64,000 nt of DNA, from NCBI RefSeq assembly GCF_006345805.1, contig NC_042997.1:80724001-80788000 (forward strand), in the 5' to 3' direction. Numbering within the stretch: the first letter of the stretch is position 1; each line of letters begins with the position of its first letter. Origin of the DNA: Octopus sinensis (Eukaryota). This document shows, in pieces, positions 26,196 through 39,107 of the stretch. The translations under genes were made by a program, and so were the position numbers. The notes below the pieces were generated by a model. The model saw only the letters and a program-made list of their open reading frames with translations. It searched no databases and had not been told where the DNA came from.

Positions 26196-28089
26196 ATAAT
26201 AATAATAATAATTGGAAATTGGTATGCAGTTTGGAGGCTTATAGTTGTGAGCCTGAATCTTGTATAAGAGAAATCAGCCTGGAGATAGAGATTTTCAAAA
26301 ACTAGTTTTATTGTTATTTAATGCCATGTCAGCCCTGATCAAAAGCATTCTAGTCATGACCGTTTTGTCTTTTTCCAATGTGCAGTGAGTAATCTGAAAG
26401 CAATTTGACAGCTATTTCTAGCACAGAAGCTCCTTTACTAACTCATCTGTAGTTGGTACAAACATACTCCAAGGGAGATGCATGACTCCAAAATGGTTAA
26501 AGTTCGAGGGATAGTTCTGCAAGAATTACGTCCAACGCTGGTATCTACTCACCATCCAAGTTTATTGAATGCCTCATAAAGGCATTCAATAAACTTGACC
26601 ATGCATAAATAATATTAGAATCCTTCATTCTATTAATAGCTTTTCAAATGAAAACTATGGAAAACTCTCTTCACAATGTACAAATGGCTTGTGTTTGATC
26701 ATTTAGTAAAAAGAAAATTGCTATGCATGCTGGTTTATAACTTCAAAGCACAAAATGCTAATAAAAGGGCAATCTGGATGCAAAACAAAATATTCCTTAT
26801 AAAAATTGAATGACAAAAAAGAAATGAAAAGAAAAAATTTGCATAAAAAGAATAAAGCAAATTAATCAATACAGTGCTATTAGTTGGTAGCAAATATAAA
26901 ATTAATCATTTAATTTTTAATTAAAACAAATAAAGATACCTTAAAAAGCAATGCCAATTTAAGAAACTCTTCAGACATGATTAGAGCCTACAAAAATCAA
27001 TTAACCATCACTAGCCATAAAAACCATGCTGTCAAAACTAACAATATGAACTTTACTGCACTAATTCAGTGTGAGATTTATACCAAATATAATTGTAGCC
27101 ACCTATGAAAATGATAAATGCCACAACAAATAGCAACTAAACTGCCCTCATACTACATAATGCTCTTTTAGAAAAGGAAGGACATATTAGATAATATAGT
27201 TTAATATGTAGTGCAGTCCTTTCTTTAGAAATGAAGAAAAGTTAAGAGAAGGTTAGCAACCTCTTCTCACAGAAAAACAGATATGCTACCATCTAAGACA
27301 ACTCAATGTGAATTACAGCATGGAACAGAAACGAAGATGCATGAAATCTACAGCAAAAATGAGATGGGCATGGTTGGAATGCTTTCGATTATAGGTCTGC
27401 TCAGATGGAGTTGACATGGGAATTAACAAGAACTGTCTCCTTTCACAAACTATTCATTTTAATAAAGTTGGTATTCAATTCTGAAATGAGGTACAGGCTT
27501 GGAAACATAGTAAAGAAGTTCAGGTTCAAGATCAGTCCCACAGTATAGCACCTTGAGTAAGTGTCTATGATAATCCCCAGCTGAATAACACTCTATGATG
27601 GAATTTTGGAGAGGGAACTGAAAGAATTCAACATGTGTGTATGTGTATGAACACGTGCATATGCAGCTGTGTGCGTGTGTGGATGTTTACAACCATGCTG
27701 AGCTACAGTTATAATCATCATTGTGGTAGGGTTACAACTGATGATGTCAACAAACTGCCTGCAAGCTAGTTCTGCATTTTCAAATTCGTCTGGAATAAAT
27801 TATCCCTTACATGAAAAGGAGATAAGGGTAGGCAACAAGAAGATCTGACTGTAAAAATTCTGCCTAAATTACCTTTTGCCTAAGCTATGTGAACATGGAA
27901 AAACAAATGTTATACAAAATGAATGACTAATTAAACTGAGTTTATTGCAGATAACATTGCTGGAAGATCTGGTGTCAGTTCCCAACATTTAATTAAGCAG
28001 AGATATGTAAAGTTAAGTAACCAGAGATAGTACCATATTGACTCAACCTTAAAATTAGTTGTTCAAATCATGTTAATATTTAACTTGTG

Positions 28090-28268
28090 AAGACAGCAAA
28101 CTGGTAAAATTGTCAGCATGCAAGGCAAAATACTTAACAGCATTTTGTCCGTCTTCACATTCTGGGTTTGCCGTTCATCCTTCCAGTGTCGATAACATAA
28201 GCACTGATGTCCATTTAGCCCCCCCCAAAAAAAAATTGCTGGCCTTGTGCCAAAATTTGAAATCAATA
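28090..28268 (+). mobile_element. SINE family 2, degenerate
   Basis: Head AAGACAGCAAACTGG..., core GCCGTTCATCCTTCC...GTCGATAA, tail GGCCTTGTGCCAAAATTTGAAATC. Confidence 0.7.
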
Positions 28269-28512
28269 TTTATAACGTCTGAGTACAGTAACAGATTGCA
28301 GGCCTGACTTCAACTTCAACACTCATATACCAACCTCAGTTCCATTGAAGTGCAAGAAGCATACCACTACTACTACTACTACTACACTCACTTCCTTTCA
28401 GCATCGCTACTGTTTTACCCTTAAGATTTACCCTTAAGAAGCACTAAAACTCTTTGCCCAATTACTCCTCTTCAGAACAGTGATTCTTGGGTATTTTTTT
28501 TTTTACTTTGCC

Positions 28513-29289
28513 AGTCAGACGTGGCTGTGTGGTAAGAAGCTTGCTTCCCAACTACATGGTCCTGGGTTCAGTCCCACTGCATGGCACCTTGGGCAAGTGT
28601 CTTCTACTATAGCTTTGGACCAACCAAAGCCTTATGAGTGGATTTGGTGGATGGAAACTGAAACAAGACCATCATATGTATGTATGTATACATCTAATAA
28701 TATAATATACACACACACACGTGTGAGTGTGTGTGCATGCGCATGTATGGGTACAGGACGTCACCAACTGTGAACAACATGAAGTACAAAATCAAGCGAG
28801 TTAAATACGCAAACGAGAGAAAAAAATTGAAAACAGGACAAGTAACACAAAAAACGACTCTTCATCAGTTGTCAGCTGTCTATGTACTCCTCCTTTCAAG
28901 CATTCAAAGACAATATGAGTCTTTGAAGACAGTTGCTCCCATAACTTTCAAAATAAATTTTGGATTTTTGGAGGGTCAAAGTTGGGAACAAAAACAAGAG
29001 ACATACAAGGAAACCGAACGGAAACAAACATGGAGAGTCGTTAGACCAGAATAAAGCAAAAAATAGCATATATGTATGTACGTGTGTCTTTGTGTCTGTG
29101 TTTGTCCCCCATCACTTTTACATCCCCGTAACTATTGGTTTGGCAAAAGAGACTGATAGAATAAGTACTATGCTTAAAAAATAAGTTCAGGGGGCAATCT
29201 GTTTGACTAAAAAGCCCCTCAAGGCAGTGCTCCAGCATGGCCACTGTCAAATGACTGAAACAAGTAAACAACTAAAAGAATAAAAAGAA
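28513..29289 (+). mobile_element. SINE family 1 split by an insertion in its internal microsatellite
   Basis: Head and core at 28513-28680, tail at 29070-29289, collinear with 2549-2921. Confidence 0.8.
28745..29068 (-). mobile_element. Unclassified ~320-bp non-coding insertion
   Basis: Interrupts the SINE at its microsatellite; the minus strand has CTGATGAAG followed by a T-rich tract. Confidence 0.5.
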
Positions 29290-29615
29290 CCGTGCTGATC
29301 TCACAAGTCTGCTCAAGTCTTTAACTACTAACTACTAAATACCACCTCTCTTTCTTTAATTAACTAATGAAAACTATTGCCGATATTTTACAGAAATTAT
29401 TTTTCTTATTAAGATAGAAAAAGTAATCACAAAAGAGAAGTTTACCTAGCAAAAGATAAAAATATTTAGTCTCTAAAAGTAAGTATATTTATTGATCTGA
29501 CTGATGGCCTAAGACAGTTCATATAGGAAAAGAGTATAATCTGGTATATTTCAATCTGGTACTTATTTCAATGAGTCCAGGTGAAGGCAAAAAGTAAAAA
29601 TCTATCCCTGTGGGA

Positions 29616-30104
29616 TTTGAACACAAACCTGAAAAAGACAAAACTAAATGCTCTAACAATGTCCTCTGCATTAAATGTTACCACAACTCAAGTATTATTC
29701 ATGTGGATGGCATCTAAGAATAATTTACTCAAAGAAAGGGTCTATCACAGCAACAAGTGTACATTCTGGTACATTTATTTATTTAGTGATTCACTCACCA
29801 CTACTTCAGTAAGTACAGTAAAATTTCTGGTTCACTGAAAAGGTCTAATAAGACTAAAACATGTTCAGGTGTGCCTACAACACTTGTCAAAAAAATCCCA
29901 ATAATATTAATCAATGACTCATAGCTACTCTTCCTTATGCAGATATTTTTTTCTAGTTATCTACTCCTTGTGTCCACCTGTACAAACCAAATTAAATACT
30001 ATATGGTTTTTGCTAACCCTAGCCTCTATTTAACACTTCAAAATATACAGGTTTCTCTCCCATGCAGAAAGAGAGAAGTATAATTGATTGAATGAACTCT
30101 ATGA
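29616..30104. repeat. Partner locus of the inverted duplicate at 13571-13867
   Basis: Contains both matching blocks plus 192 bp (29832-30023) that is absent from the other copy. Confidence 0.9.
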
Positions 30105-31089
30105 TACCCATGTAACCAAAATGATAAAATTATATACAGAGTTCTCAATCATTAAAATTTAAATAAACTGGGTTTTTTATTTTGTTTGTCTTTTCAAGTG
30201 AAAATGCAAGCAATGAACATTGGTATGCCATGCAGTAAATGACATTTTGGGAAGGCCTTTCCTTAACACAGGTCTCTAAGAAAATTCTTATCTGTCAATG
30301 CCAACCAATCCCAGTGATTTTGTTTCAACATTCTCTCTAACAATAGTTTTCATTTTAAGTCATATTTGTTCAACAACATACCATACAAATATCCAAAAAT
30401 GAAAATTATTCTTTTATTAATATGCAGAGGGAGAGAAAGATTTTTTGTTATATTTGTTTATTTGATGATGTATGCAGCGACCTGTTTTGTATTCTTACTA
30501 TGATTCTACATACTCTTCATAATGCAGTTACATATTTCGTGAACTTTTAAAGTCCTTGTTTGAAAAAGTGGCTCTACAGAGTAGTAATTTCCTTCCAGTT
30601 TTTAAATGCCAAAATACTATTACAGAATATTGCAAAAATCTATTGGTAAAAGCAATAAAATGAAAACATTTAGAACCCAATTATAGAAAAGCAGATAAGA
30701 CAGAAGAGTTTAAAAAAAGCAATTGGATAATTTTTAAGATTCATGAATTTATATGAATCATTAAGATTTGTTTTGCTATAGACATGGTGAGAGTCAGGTT
30801 GGCTTAACTATGAAATTTGTAGTAACACTTTATTCTTTTTCAGTAGACTCAAAGCATATTAAGTTATAAATTTCAGTCTACCTTAAAAAGAAAAGAAAGG
30901 TGTTACTTCTAGATTCATGGTTTACAGAATAAGAAAAGAAAAACTTTAGCATACTTTGTTTAAAAGAACAATATTTATGGAAGGATTTTGATACACAAAC
31001 CAACAAATTATGTACATGCTACAGAAGTTGAAACTGGAGTGAAAAAGAACCAAACCTGGAAAGTGAACCCCTATAGTACTGTTATTCAT

Positions 31090-31290
31090 AAAGAATATGA
31101 CGACTTTGGCTATCTTGTGGTTCAAGCCAATATTGAGAGAACTTCACTAGTGATGCTGTAAGGATAAACAGATTCAGTTTGCATCAACAAAGCAGTTGAC
31201 ACTGTGTTTCCTTAGAGGCAAACCAAGGACAAATTTGGAAAAAGTAGTCAGAAAGGATCTGAAGACATTAAACCATCACAGAACTGATGA
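31090..31290 (+). mobile_element. Highly degenerate RTE ORF2 C-terminal fragment
   Basis: RGKPRTNLEKVVRKDLKTLN resembles RGRPRKTWDEVVKHDLRTLG. Confidence 0.55.
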
Positions 31291-32829
31291 TTCAGCAACA
31301 AATGTTATTCACTACCAGATTAGCACAGAATAAACAGACCTGTAATCAAATGTGTCTCACTCATAACCCAATCTTTTATGAAGAATATCTAGAACTATAT
31401 TATTCAAGCTGTCTTTTTTTATTAAGATGATAGAGTGTGAGTTAAAAAATATTTGACTGCTATTTCTAGCAGATCAATCTCTCATTGCCTGATGTAGTGA
31501 AAGTTGTGTTAAACTGCTCGGTAAATGCTGACATAGAAAACCATCATAATTGGCAAAACCTACAACACACATATCTTCAATGATCACCTGATACAAGAAT
31601 GGCTTTAGAAATTGAAGTCAATTTGGCTTCACTGATCAGTTTAATATAATGCAAATGAAGCATGGTAACAATGAGCTAAGTTGTTAAGAAGTCAGCCTTA
31701 AGGAACCCACTACAATTCTATCATTTCATAAAAATTTTAATAATAATTCAATCTGCATTTGAGATTCAAAAATAAAGTTTTTAAAAAAATCTTTGATTTA
31801 TAAGATATCTAAGAGAGGAAAAACAAATTCTTCTTATCAATGATAAATACAAAAACCATATAATGAAATGACTATAATTGAGAAGAAAAAAACTGTTGCT
31901 AAATTAAAGGTACTACTAATAAACTGCACACAAATGATTAAATATCATTTTGACTATGATGAAATATAATTGCAATTATAAAATCCATTTATTATTTATG
32001 CATTCTCATGCATATGTGTGCATGCAGACATTAGCAAGCTACATTTTACACATTTTCAGAAATGTTATGCTAACTATTGATTTTATTCAGTTATTGTGAA
32101 ATTTGCATTAGTAATGGTAATGAGTCTAAAGAAACCATAACTAAGAGATAATTGTTTTCAAATCTGAGACTTAGTAGGCTTTTTTTTTTTTTTTTTTCTC
32201 AAACTGAATTAAACATTCAAATATTTTAACATTTTCAATCCAATCTATGTTCTAGGAACCAAAATTGATGCTGTGAATAGAAGCAAATTTTATATTTCAG
32301 TTTTCTTGGATAATATTTTTTTAGGCCCTACTTTAAAGTCTAAGATGAATACCTGCCATCAATGATATTAGCCAACTGTCTTAATGCAATTATTGTCCAA
32401 TCATCATTACATAATTATTAGCCAATCAAACAAGCTTTTATATATTGATGGGGAGGAGAAACAAATATAGTTGTAATAAGCTTGATTAATGATTATACAA
32501 ATATTTAACTAAAGTCTGTTGTTTGAAAAGAAATATCAATTCTATTTTATTTATTCATTTGTTTTGGTATGTGAAGTCACTTATGAATTTATATGACATC
32601 CAAGAATGAAGAGATCGTTCATTTACTTTAAATACACTAACGAAAATCAACTGTAATTTTGAAGGATATTTTTGATGCACAAGAATTTGAGCTATTTTTA
32701 TAAATTGATACAATTTCTAGGAAGACATTTCTGCAATCAAAATAACATATCAAATAAAAAACAAAACATTCCAAAAATGTTCAAATAAACACCACCAACA
32801 CTATCATGAATTTATAGTTGGATATCATT

Positions 32830-33105
32830 TGATTCCTGGACTGAGCTGTGTATTATGTTCTTGAGCAAGACACTTTATTTCCCATTATTTCAGTTCATTC
32901 AGCTGTAGAAATGAGTTGTGACATCACTGTTGCCAAGCTGTATCAGCCTTTGCCTTTCCCTTGGATAACATTGGTGGCATGGAGAGGAGAGGCTGGTATG
33001 CATGGGCAACTGCTGGTCTTCCATAATACAACCTTGCCTGGACTTGTGCCTTGAAAGGAAACTTTCTAGGTGCAATCCCATTGTCATTCATGACTGAAGC
33101 GGGTC
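32830..33105 (+). mobile_element. SINE family 3, 5'-truncated
   Basis: Reverse complement of 60385-60660 (GTTCTTGAGCAAGACACTTTATTTC...CAGCTGTAGAAATGAG). Confidence 0.8.
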
Positions 33106-33118
33106 TATACACTTTTAC

Positions 33119-33248
33119 CATTGAGACCAAATCTATATGGTCATATCTGGTATTCTCTGTTGTTTGCCAGTTTTGTGCAAGTCTAACAATCCTTTTGAGA
33201 ACCATTATGTTTGTGCTAAGAAATCCAGGGGCAGGTACCACCATCCAT
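33119..33248 (-). CDS. Candidate exon (WMVVPAPGFLSTNIMVLKRIVRLAQNWQTTENTRYDHIDLVSM)
   Basis: Acceptor TTCAACTTCCAG|, donor ATG|GTAAAA, open 130-nt frame in unique sequence. Confidence 0.3.
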
Positions 33249-33696
33249 CTGGAAGTTGAATGCATTCATTGGCTAACCAAGCAAGAAGATTCCATTACCA
33301 CTGCCACAATTATTTCAATGAGTTAAGATACCTAAAGAAGCGAAAGCTTACATCTGAAGTTTGAATCAAGTTTCAGTTTACTGTTTTCACTACAGATTCA
33401 CTGCAAGACCAAATGTTTGCAAATGAGTTAAAAGATGGAATAGCTGCAAATATTCTTCTTCAGCTCAGTAATCTATTAATACCCACATCATTGGATTCAC
33501 AAAGCCTTCTATATTAAAGTTCTATCTTACCAAGCAGAGTAACTGGTGTAATCTACTGATAATTTGAGCCATTAGTAAACATATTTTCAGCATCTTCCCA
33601 GCTCATTGGTCTTCAAAATAATACATAAATTATATGCACATTTTTCTCTAATAAACTGTATAGAATGCTTTCCATTTTAGAAATATATTTTAGGTA

Positions 33697-34130
33697 GGTG
33701 CAGGTGTGGCTATGTGGTTAAGATGCTTGCTTCCCAATCATATCATTTTGGGTTCAATCCCACTGAGTGACACATTGAGCAAATGTCTTCTACTTAACCT
33801 CAGACAGACCAAAGCCTTGTGAGTGAATTTGGTAGATGGAAACTGAAAGATGACCATTGTGTATGTGTGTTGTATATGTGTGTGTGCATACGTACACCTG
33901 TCTAGACATCACATGATGGTTGTAAATGAGCATCAGAGTCATACAAGCAAAATTCTTTGTTACCAGTCCTCCATGAAAGACATGTCTGGCCATGAGGTAA
34001 TACTACCTTGCTCGTAAACAGGTGAGGATTGGTGACAGGGAGGGCATCTGTCCATAGAAAAATCTGCCTTGACAAATTCCATCTGACCCATGCACACATG
34101 GAAAAGTGGAAACTAAATGATGACGATGAT
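33697..34130 (+). mobile_element. SINE with family-1 head and core but an RTE-type tail
   Basis: 33697-33860 matches 2549-2710; 34026-34130 matches the RTE terminus at 51130-51272. Confidence 0.8.
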
Positions 34131-35489
34131 ACTTACAGAATTGAAAGTAAGTCTAAAAGTGTTTCATGCATATATAAACATCCAGAAATATACAGTTCTG
34201 TGAAAACATACATTTATTACATGAGCTTTATCATTTTAAATGTATATTTTAGCATGTGTGTATATGTGTGTATAGACACACACACACTTTTGAATGAAAT
34301 ATATATATATATATATACATATACACACACACACTAAATTAACAAATAGATATATGGAGTGGGGAACAAACAGGAGAAATATAAGTCAATACATAAAAGT
34401 ATAAATACTGTTTATGATTGGTTATCTAGGATCATGAATTTATACACTGACTTAAGGCAGTTGCATCTTAACTTCAGTTTGAAAGGTCTTTTCCCAAAAT
34501 ATACTTAAAGTAGATACTTTGGAACTCTTTCATCTTCCTGCAGAGAAGCTTCTGAAAAGTTGAAGACAGCAAAAGTGCTTGCATACAAAAATTGTCTTCA
34601 CATCTTCCATCAGATCTGTGTTAACATTTTTGAAGCTTTTATTTATTATTTTTTTTAGATAAATTTTAATTTGCAAAAATTACTTCTAATATTCTGATTG
34701 TATTGAATGTCTTCGCAAATTCTTGTTTATATAGTTTTATGTAGGAGTATGTTTGTGGGTGCACATGTGTGAATTTATGATGTTTATTTAGATAATATAA
34801 TATCAAAATTTTATTTAAATGTTTCTAAGTTTTGTGTTCAAATATTAGAATGCTTACATCAATAAAATTTAAACTGATGTCATAAAAAAAAATTAAATAT
34901 GTTTTACAAAACATAATTTTCAATCCTTAGATTAACCAAGCAGAAAGCACAAAGAATAAATTTCATACCTCAATAACTTAAATTTGTGAAACTTATAAAA
35001 AAATAAAGTAATTCCAAAATGTATTCATTAGTTTAAGCAAAATATTTACAGATTGAAGTGTTGAAAATCCCATTGATATAATGTTTATATTACTAGAAAC
35101 AAGAACAACTGAATTTTAATAATGCTTCGGCTGAGAGAAATTCTCAGAAACGTCTTAGAAAATCATTCACAAGAAAATATCCAGTCTCTAACAAATCAAT
35201 AATTTTTAACATAGAAAAATGAAAAATTACAATTAACTTATAAAAAACCCGCATCTAAGACATAAAAATAGCTCGCATATGTTTGTATTTCTGAACTAAA
35301 TTATCACAAGGGAGTATAAATTTATCAGACCATTAAATTGATCTTTTGTGTGTCTATCTATATCATGCTTTAGTCAGTTTATTCGGTGATCCTCATATGT
35401 GTTACAGTTCTACATCTATACTCACTTTTGGATTAGTATTTAACTCACAAACTCTCTCATGCACTACATTACAGTTCACCATAATAGTC

Positions 35490-35645
35490 TGAAAGTTTTG
35501 TCAGAGCTCAAATTCTGCCATGGTCAACTTTGCCTTTTATCCTTTTGCAGTCAATAAGTACCAATCAAGTACTGGAGTCGATGTAATCAATTTCCCCCTC
35601 CCATCAAAAATTGCTGGCCCTGTGCCAAAATTTGAAATCATCATT
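35490..35645 (+). mobile_element. SINE family 2 fragment
   Basis: GGTCAACTTTGCCTTTTATCCTTTTG...AAGTACCA...GGCCCTGTGCCAAAATTTGAAATC. Confidence 0.75.
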
Positions 35646-35810
35646 TTGAGATCAAACTCCTCACTCGATGAATGTGTAAAAATAAGGCAAATGAAGATTG
35701 GAGTATATACCAATAGCCCAAACTTACAAATGATAAGGGTAACAGTCCAGTGCATGCATACAATATAACTGATCAATGCCTCATTTTCAGTTTAATCAGA
35801 ATATCATTAT

Positions 35811-36257
35811 TTCTTTAGCATTCAGTTTACTCAATCAAATATTGCCCTTTGTTTTGAATTAATCATGCATTATCTTGTAAGTTTAAGATTTTGCTGATGT
35901 GAGTGTTCAGTTTTAGAATGACATTGTAGGGCAGGTATGAGAAACTAAATCTGGCTGGTCTGAACATAAAGCAGGTAGAATAATTAAGCTGGACATGGCT
36001 GGTTTAAATGTTAAAGCAGTGTTTTTCAACTATTTTTTACCTGTGGACCACTTTGGTTCCTATTTTACACTACTAGACCTTCCTAGTCATTCGATGTTTA
36101 AAAAAATCTTACAATTTTATAATTAAATATTATATGGAATTGTATAAAAAGATTGTTAAAAAGTTGTGTGTATTGTAAAAGTATAACCAATTTATTAAAT
36201 AAATTTTACCAACAAAGTCTGATATGGATCCTAGTTGAGAATCACAGTGCTAAAGGG
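35811..36257. mobile_element. piggyBac-type MITE carrying a nested hAT-type MITE
   Basis: Starts .TCTTTAGCATTCAG, ends ...TGCTAAAGGG|TTAA; same family as 59622-59839 in the opposite orientation. Confidence 0.7.
36017..36247. mobile_element. hAT-type MITE
   Basis: TIRs CAGTGTTTTTCAAC and GTTGAGAATCACAG; 8-bp TSD TGTTAAAG/TGCTAAAG; related to 61176-61485. Confidence 0.75.
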
Positions 36258-38403
36258 TTAATGTTACTCTTTGTTTTTCTTCCCTCAAACTAGATTTTGT
36301 TCAACCTTATCTAAGCATCCTTAATATTAGCATTTGCACTCATATATTTCTGAATTATTACTAAAACAAGTAGCAGCTTTTAACAACATTTGCTTAATTC
36401 ATATTGTTCAGTCTCACAACTAAGCCAATTGGTTCCCTAATACCTTTAAGTCTCTCTCAAGCTTGCAAAATTTTAGTGATACACCAAACTTAAACTGATA
36501 TCAAGAGAAAGCAAAAACATTCCATAATATTTAATATATCATTAAGACACAACTAACAACTTAGTCTTCATACACATGTGTCCTGAGTAAACCAACCCAC
36601 ACCTTACTGGATTATTGATTATAATCACTATAAAAATTCCAATCATTAATAAAATTTGAAGCAGATTGAAAAGTGTAGTATTTATATTTTTAATACAAAA
36701 CAAACATCTCGACTGAATCTATTTTTACCTGAAAGATCAACTTACTAAAGAGTATTGGTCTAATATTCAAATATTACTTTGCATTTAAAATCTTATTTAT
36801 GCAAAACATTAAACATGCACTCTTCTTTAGTAGATGCACTTATTTTGAAGATCATTTGAACAGTTAATTACACTCAAAGATAGTTTGGAAAAAAAAAAGA
36901 AAATGAAAAGAAAAAAGAAAAAGGAAATAGCTAATGATTGAGCAATAATTAAACAGTAAACAAACATATTTAAAGAGTGCTTCAAACCAAATACACTTTG
37001 AAGATTAAATATTGAAAAATTTTAGATAAACAAATATATAACAAAAAAATTGTCAATGTTTTTGTATGGTTTAATACTATTATCACTCACTGGCACAGGC
37101 ATTTATTATTGCCATTTTTTTTTTTTTTTTTTTGTAATCTTTTAAATATTAATACTTTTTCCTGAAGTTGACAATATGTGGAACACTCCTGCATTTCAGA
37201 GTTGATAGCATTGGTTCTAGAACTTCAGACAGCTAAACACTGTTTGACTTTCCCTTCTTTGAATTAAATGTAAAAACATTTGTAAACCACTCTGCAAAAA
37301 ACTCATTTTATTTATTTGCAATAGTTGTACCCAAACCAGAATAGTCTTCCAGGGATCTGAGAAACTACTGTGGTTTGGGTATACAGATCCTAACAAAAAT
37401 TAATGTAGCATCTCATTACTATTATATCTAAGAGCATTCAAGCTATGTTCAAACACTTCTTGAGCTACCACCAAGTAGCAGAATACCTGACACTTCTTTC
37501 AACTAGTGAGTAACATTCAATCTACATGATCTTAGCAACATGCCTCTTCTGCAAAAGAATAATTAGTACTTGACTAATATTTTATTGTCGCTGTTAAAAT
37601 AAACAGTGAAGTCTGAACTAAGAACACGAGATACAACTAAATACAGAATGGATTTTTGTCCAGTATGCTAGTCTGTTATCCATTGCTCCGATAAAAACTA
37701 GTACAAAGTCACAAATTTATGGATGAAAGACACAGTCAAATCAAATTTCAATATACTGGACTTGAATTTTTTTTTTTTTTTTATCCATAAAAATGGTAAA
37801 GCAAAGCTGACCAGGCCATGATTTGAATAAAGAATGTAAATCCAGTACCATAATAATTGTTTCTGACATTGCTGAAATCCAAAAATTTATACTAGAGGAG
37901 TTTAGTCAATTGTATCAATAACTCTTGTTATTTAACAGGCATATTTTATCAACCCAAAATGATACAAGTAGAAAGTAAAATCATCTGGAAGATAAGGAAT
38001 TTGAGAATTGATTTAGTCAAATTTTATTTTTATGAAAAAACACTAAAAATTTGTTTGACAAATGGAAGTTGCCACATATAGACATGCAATGAAAAGTACA
38101 TAAATAAACTGGAGAAAAATACTATGAGAGAAAAACAATCTGGAAACATGTGATGTAAAAATACATTCTAAAAGAAGTGGGGAGTAAAAAAAAAAAGAAG
38201 CAAAATAGAAAAGAAAGAAAAAAAATAAGGCTGATGATTCTTTTTCTGAATCCCGAATTTCATTTTAATTATTATGCAAACTGGGATGGACTAAGAGATA
38301 CATGTCTGATATTTTCTCCAATCTCTATTTTAATTATAGTTATAATAGTGGAGGGTTGTTGTTGTTTTTTAATTAATTCAGCAATCAGAAATTGAAGACT
38401 TAC

Positions 38404-38560
38404 AAATTTTGAAGCTTGTCATTTTTATCTATAATGAAGATGCAGCAGATATTACTATCACTGTTACTGCTGCTGAGTGTATTGTGCATAATCCATTTAC
38501 TCAAGACTAAAAGTTTCAATTTGTCACTAGTAAGAGTGTCTGACAAGATGTTAATCAAGC
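38404..38560 (-). CDS. Candidate exon (LINILSDTLTSDKLKLLVLSKWIMHNT...DKLQN)
   Basis: Acceptor GTATTCTTCATAG|, donor |GTAAGT; one open frame over 157 nt of AT-rich unique DNA. Confidence 0.35.
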
Positions 38561-38971
38561 CTATGAAGAATACCATGTAGAAAATAATGCAATGACAGAG
38601 TGAATCTTTAGCTTCAAACAAATGAACAAATAGTTTCTACTTTGTTTTGAATGAGCCATTTTCTTATTCAAATACACACACACACAAATACATATTGAGT
38701 AAGTAAGGAAACGTGTATGGTTTCAAGCTATCTACATAAACACTTCCGTGATCACAAACTTTTTTTATGATGTAACAAATTTGATAGGCAGTAATCCAAA
38801 TATTTATAGGTAACAAGAAAGAAAACAGTGATGTGATGCAATGTCATTTTTATGCTATTCTCAAGAGCATTACATATACAACTACAAATGACAGCAAAAT
38901 TAAAACATTAAACAAACAAAATGCTATAACAGAAGTATAGATTTACTAATAATGTGAAGGAGAATGTGAAT

Positions 38972-39107
38972 AAGCATAAGTATTTTAATGAGAAGTTGAT
39001 TTAAGACTATGAAGAATTCTTAACATCTTAACTTGACAAAAGCATAAGTATTTTAATGAGAAGTTGATTTAAGACTATGAAGAATTCTTAACATCTTAAC
39101 TTGACAA
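38972..39107. repeat. Perfect 68-bp tandem duplication
   Basis: 38972-39039 is identical to 39040-39107. Confidence 0.95.

Noticed and set aside
28850-28900. Hammerhead on the minus strand (CTGATGA with upstream GAAA)
   Set aside because: No downstream GAAA for type I, and stems I and III do not form for a type II arrangement.
29796-29831. Exon-like segment with strong minus-strand acceptor and donor
   Set aside because: Stops in all three frames; could only be non-coding.
29832-30023. Splicing as the cause of the 192-bp skip in the 13.6-kb duplicate
   Set aside because: GT at 29830 and AG at 30021 are close, but the predicted spliced junction does not match the observed one.
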